Assembly (NCBI GenBank): GCA_030390025.1
Contig: JASTWF010000349.1
Coordinates: forward strand, 434,001 to 498,000
Reading direction: 5' to 3'
Length of the DNA: 64,000 bases
DNA from: Squalus acanthias
Taxonomy: Eukaryota
Numbering within the stretch: the first letter of the stretch is position 1; each line of letters begins with the position of its first letter. Below the pieces are notes generated by a model. It was not told the origin of the DNA and did not search any database. It saw nothing but the letters and a program-made list of their open reading frames with translations. Shown here one piece after another: positions 62,626-64,000 of the stretch. A program made the position numbers and the translations under genes.

Positions 62626-63966
62626 ATGAAGCTGTTACTTATATTTTGCATATTAATCGGACTGATATGCGTGACGTGCCAAAGAGGTGGGGAAGGATCC
62701 CGAAAGAAACGAGAATTACACGTTAACACTTTCTTGTACATGTCTTACGAGCATGCTAAAATTAGTGGTAGATCTAGTTGTTGGGTCTGTGCCCTATTCA
62801 CACCACGGGAGGGATCCCCCTCAGATCAATTCCCTTTAATACTTCCGAAACAGCAGAATGGGTAATAAGAAGAAACAGTTCAAGGGACCCGGATAAGACC
62901 TCAGAAGTAGAACAGTGGAGATCAGCAGGGTATAACCTAACCACCTTTCAGGGGTGGTATGCCAGCCCAATTATAATCATACTCGAATACCCCCGTTTCT
63001 TGTATTAACTAATACCTCAGGAGTCGGTAGACCACAAGGGGCATTATGTTTTAAAAAGCAGGCTGCAGTAAGCAGGATGCAGGATGAAAAGAAAGTCGGA
63101 GAGAGTTCCTGTAATCAAACAGTCATGTGGCAACCACCAATTCCTGGCCTGCTTGAGCAGGGATTTTTTCAAATTGACTGGACTAAAGTAAATAATAAAA
63201 CCAGTAGGTCCCCCTGGACAGGCGACCCTATCCGAATATGGATGGGAGGAGAGGGTAACTTGATGGCCTATAATTGCACCTATTTTATATGCGGGAACAA
63301 GGCTTATCCATGGTTGCCACATAACTGGACAGGGTCCTGCTATTTGGGTTATGTAGTACCTTATATCCACATTTTAGACAATATAGGAGAACATTATGAA
63401 TTCCAAAGAAGTAAAAGAGAGATAGCAACTTATGAAAGAGTCTTTGGAATATTAATAGCCCCATACGGAATAGGGAAGTTAATGGGAGAAGTAAACGAGC
63501 TAGCAGATCTGATAGAAAAAGTGGCAAATGAAACTGAGGAAGGATTGTCCGAAATGAGTGCTGAAATATTAGCTATAAGAGTAATGACATTGCAGAATCG
63601 AATGGCATTAGATTATCTGTTGGCAAATATAAAGGAGGAACTTGTGCTTTGATAGGGAGTGAATGTTGTACCTATATCCCAGACAGTTCAGAAAATATAA
63701 CTAACATAGTTAAACACATAAGAGATGCAGTGAGTCAGTATAAGAATCCAAAGAGCCAAGGATGGTTTGACTGGATACTGGGAGGATGGCTGGGATCAAT
63801 GGGACAAATATTATTGTATGGATTAGTAGTAATGGTAGCAGTAATTCTGTTTGTCACAATGATTAAATGCTGTTGTAATAGGCTAGGTAAGGCAGCTATA
63901 CCTGGAGGAAGTATGATAGTACAGAGGGAAATAAATGAAGAAGAAGAGAAGAGAACAGTCCCCTAG
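62626..63966 (+). pseudogene. env: Gamma-type retroviral env with about 3 frameshifts
   Basis: Signal peptide; CWVC (CxxC); furin site RSKR; fusion peptide; immunosuppressive domain LQNRMALDYLLA; CX6CC (CALIGSECC, across the frameshift); transmembrane ILLYGLVVMVAVILFVTMI. Confidence 0.93.
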
Positions 63967-64000
63967 GGGAAGAGCTAAGGCGATTGGGTAAGATAAATTT

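Overview
Vertebrate genomic DNA, most likely from a cartilaginous fish (inferred from dense CR1 LINEs, a Deu-domain SINE and shark-type Penelope and Harbinger elements). It contains the 3' part of a + strand CELF1 (CUGBP1) gene. Four RRM1/RRM2 coding exons lie at 3220-25933, followed by a 200-N assembly gap that hides the middle of the gene. After the gap come the last codons (DSKPY*), a 3'UTR intron (26477-31316) and a long terminal exon ending near 37520. Introns and downstream DNA are filled with nested LINEs (CR1, CR1/L2-group, RTE), MITEs, a solo LTR and many minisatellites, three of which appear to be amplified pieces of retroposons. The most striking item is an endogenous retrovirus (56889 to the window end) inserted in a Harbinger transposon. 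It combines a gamma/epsilon-type LTR, tRNA-Gln PBS, gag/pro and gamma-type env with embedded fossils of a different, foamy/lokiretrovirus-like lineage: an 'NGFWSIP' RT fragment and a paramyxovirus-F-like envelope. The second is a fold-back Penelope insertion forming a ~518-bp stem with a minimal hammerhead ribozyme in each arm, inside a CELF1 intron. Family assignments rest on motif recognition from memory; no searches were run.
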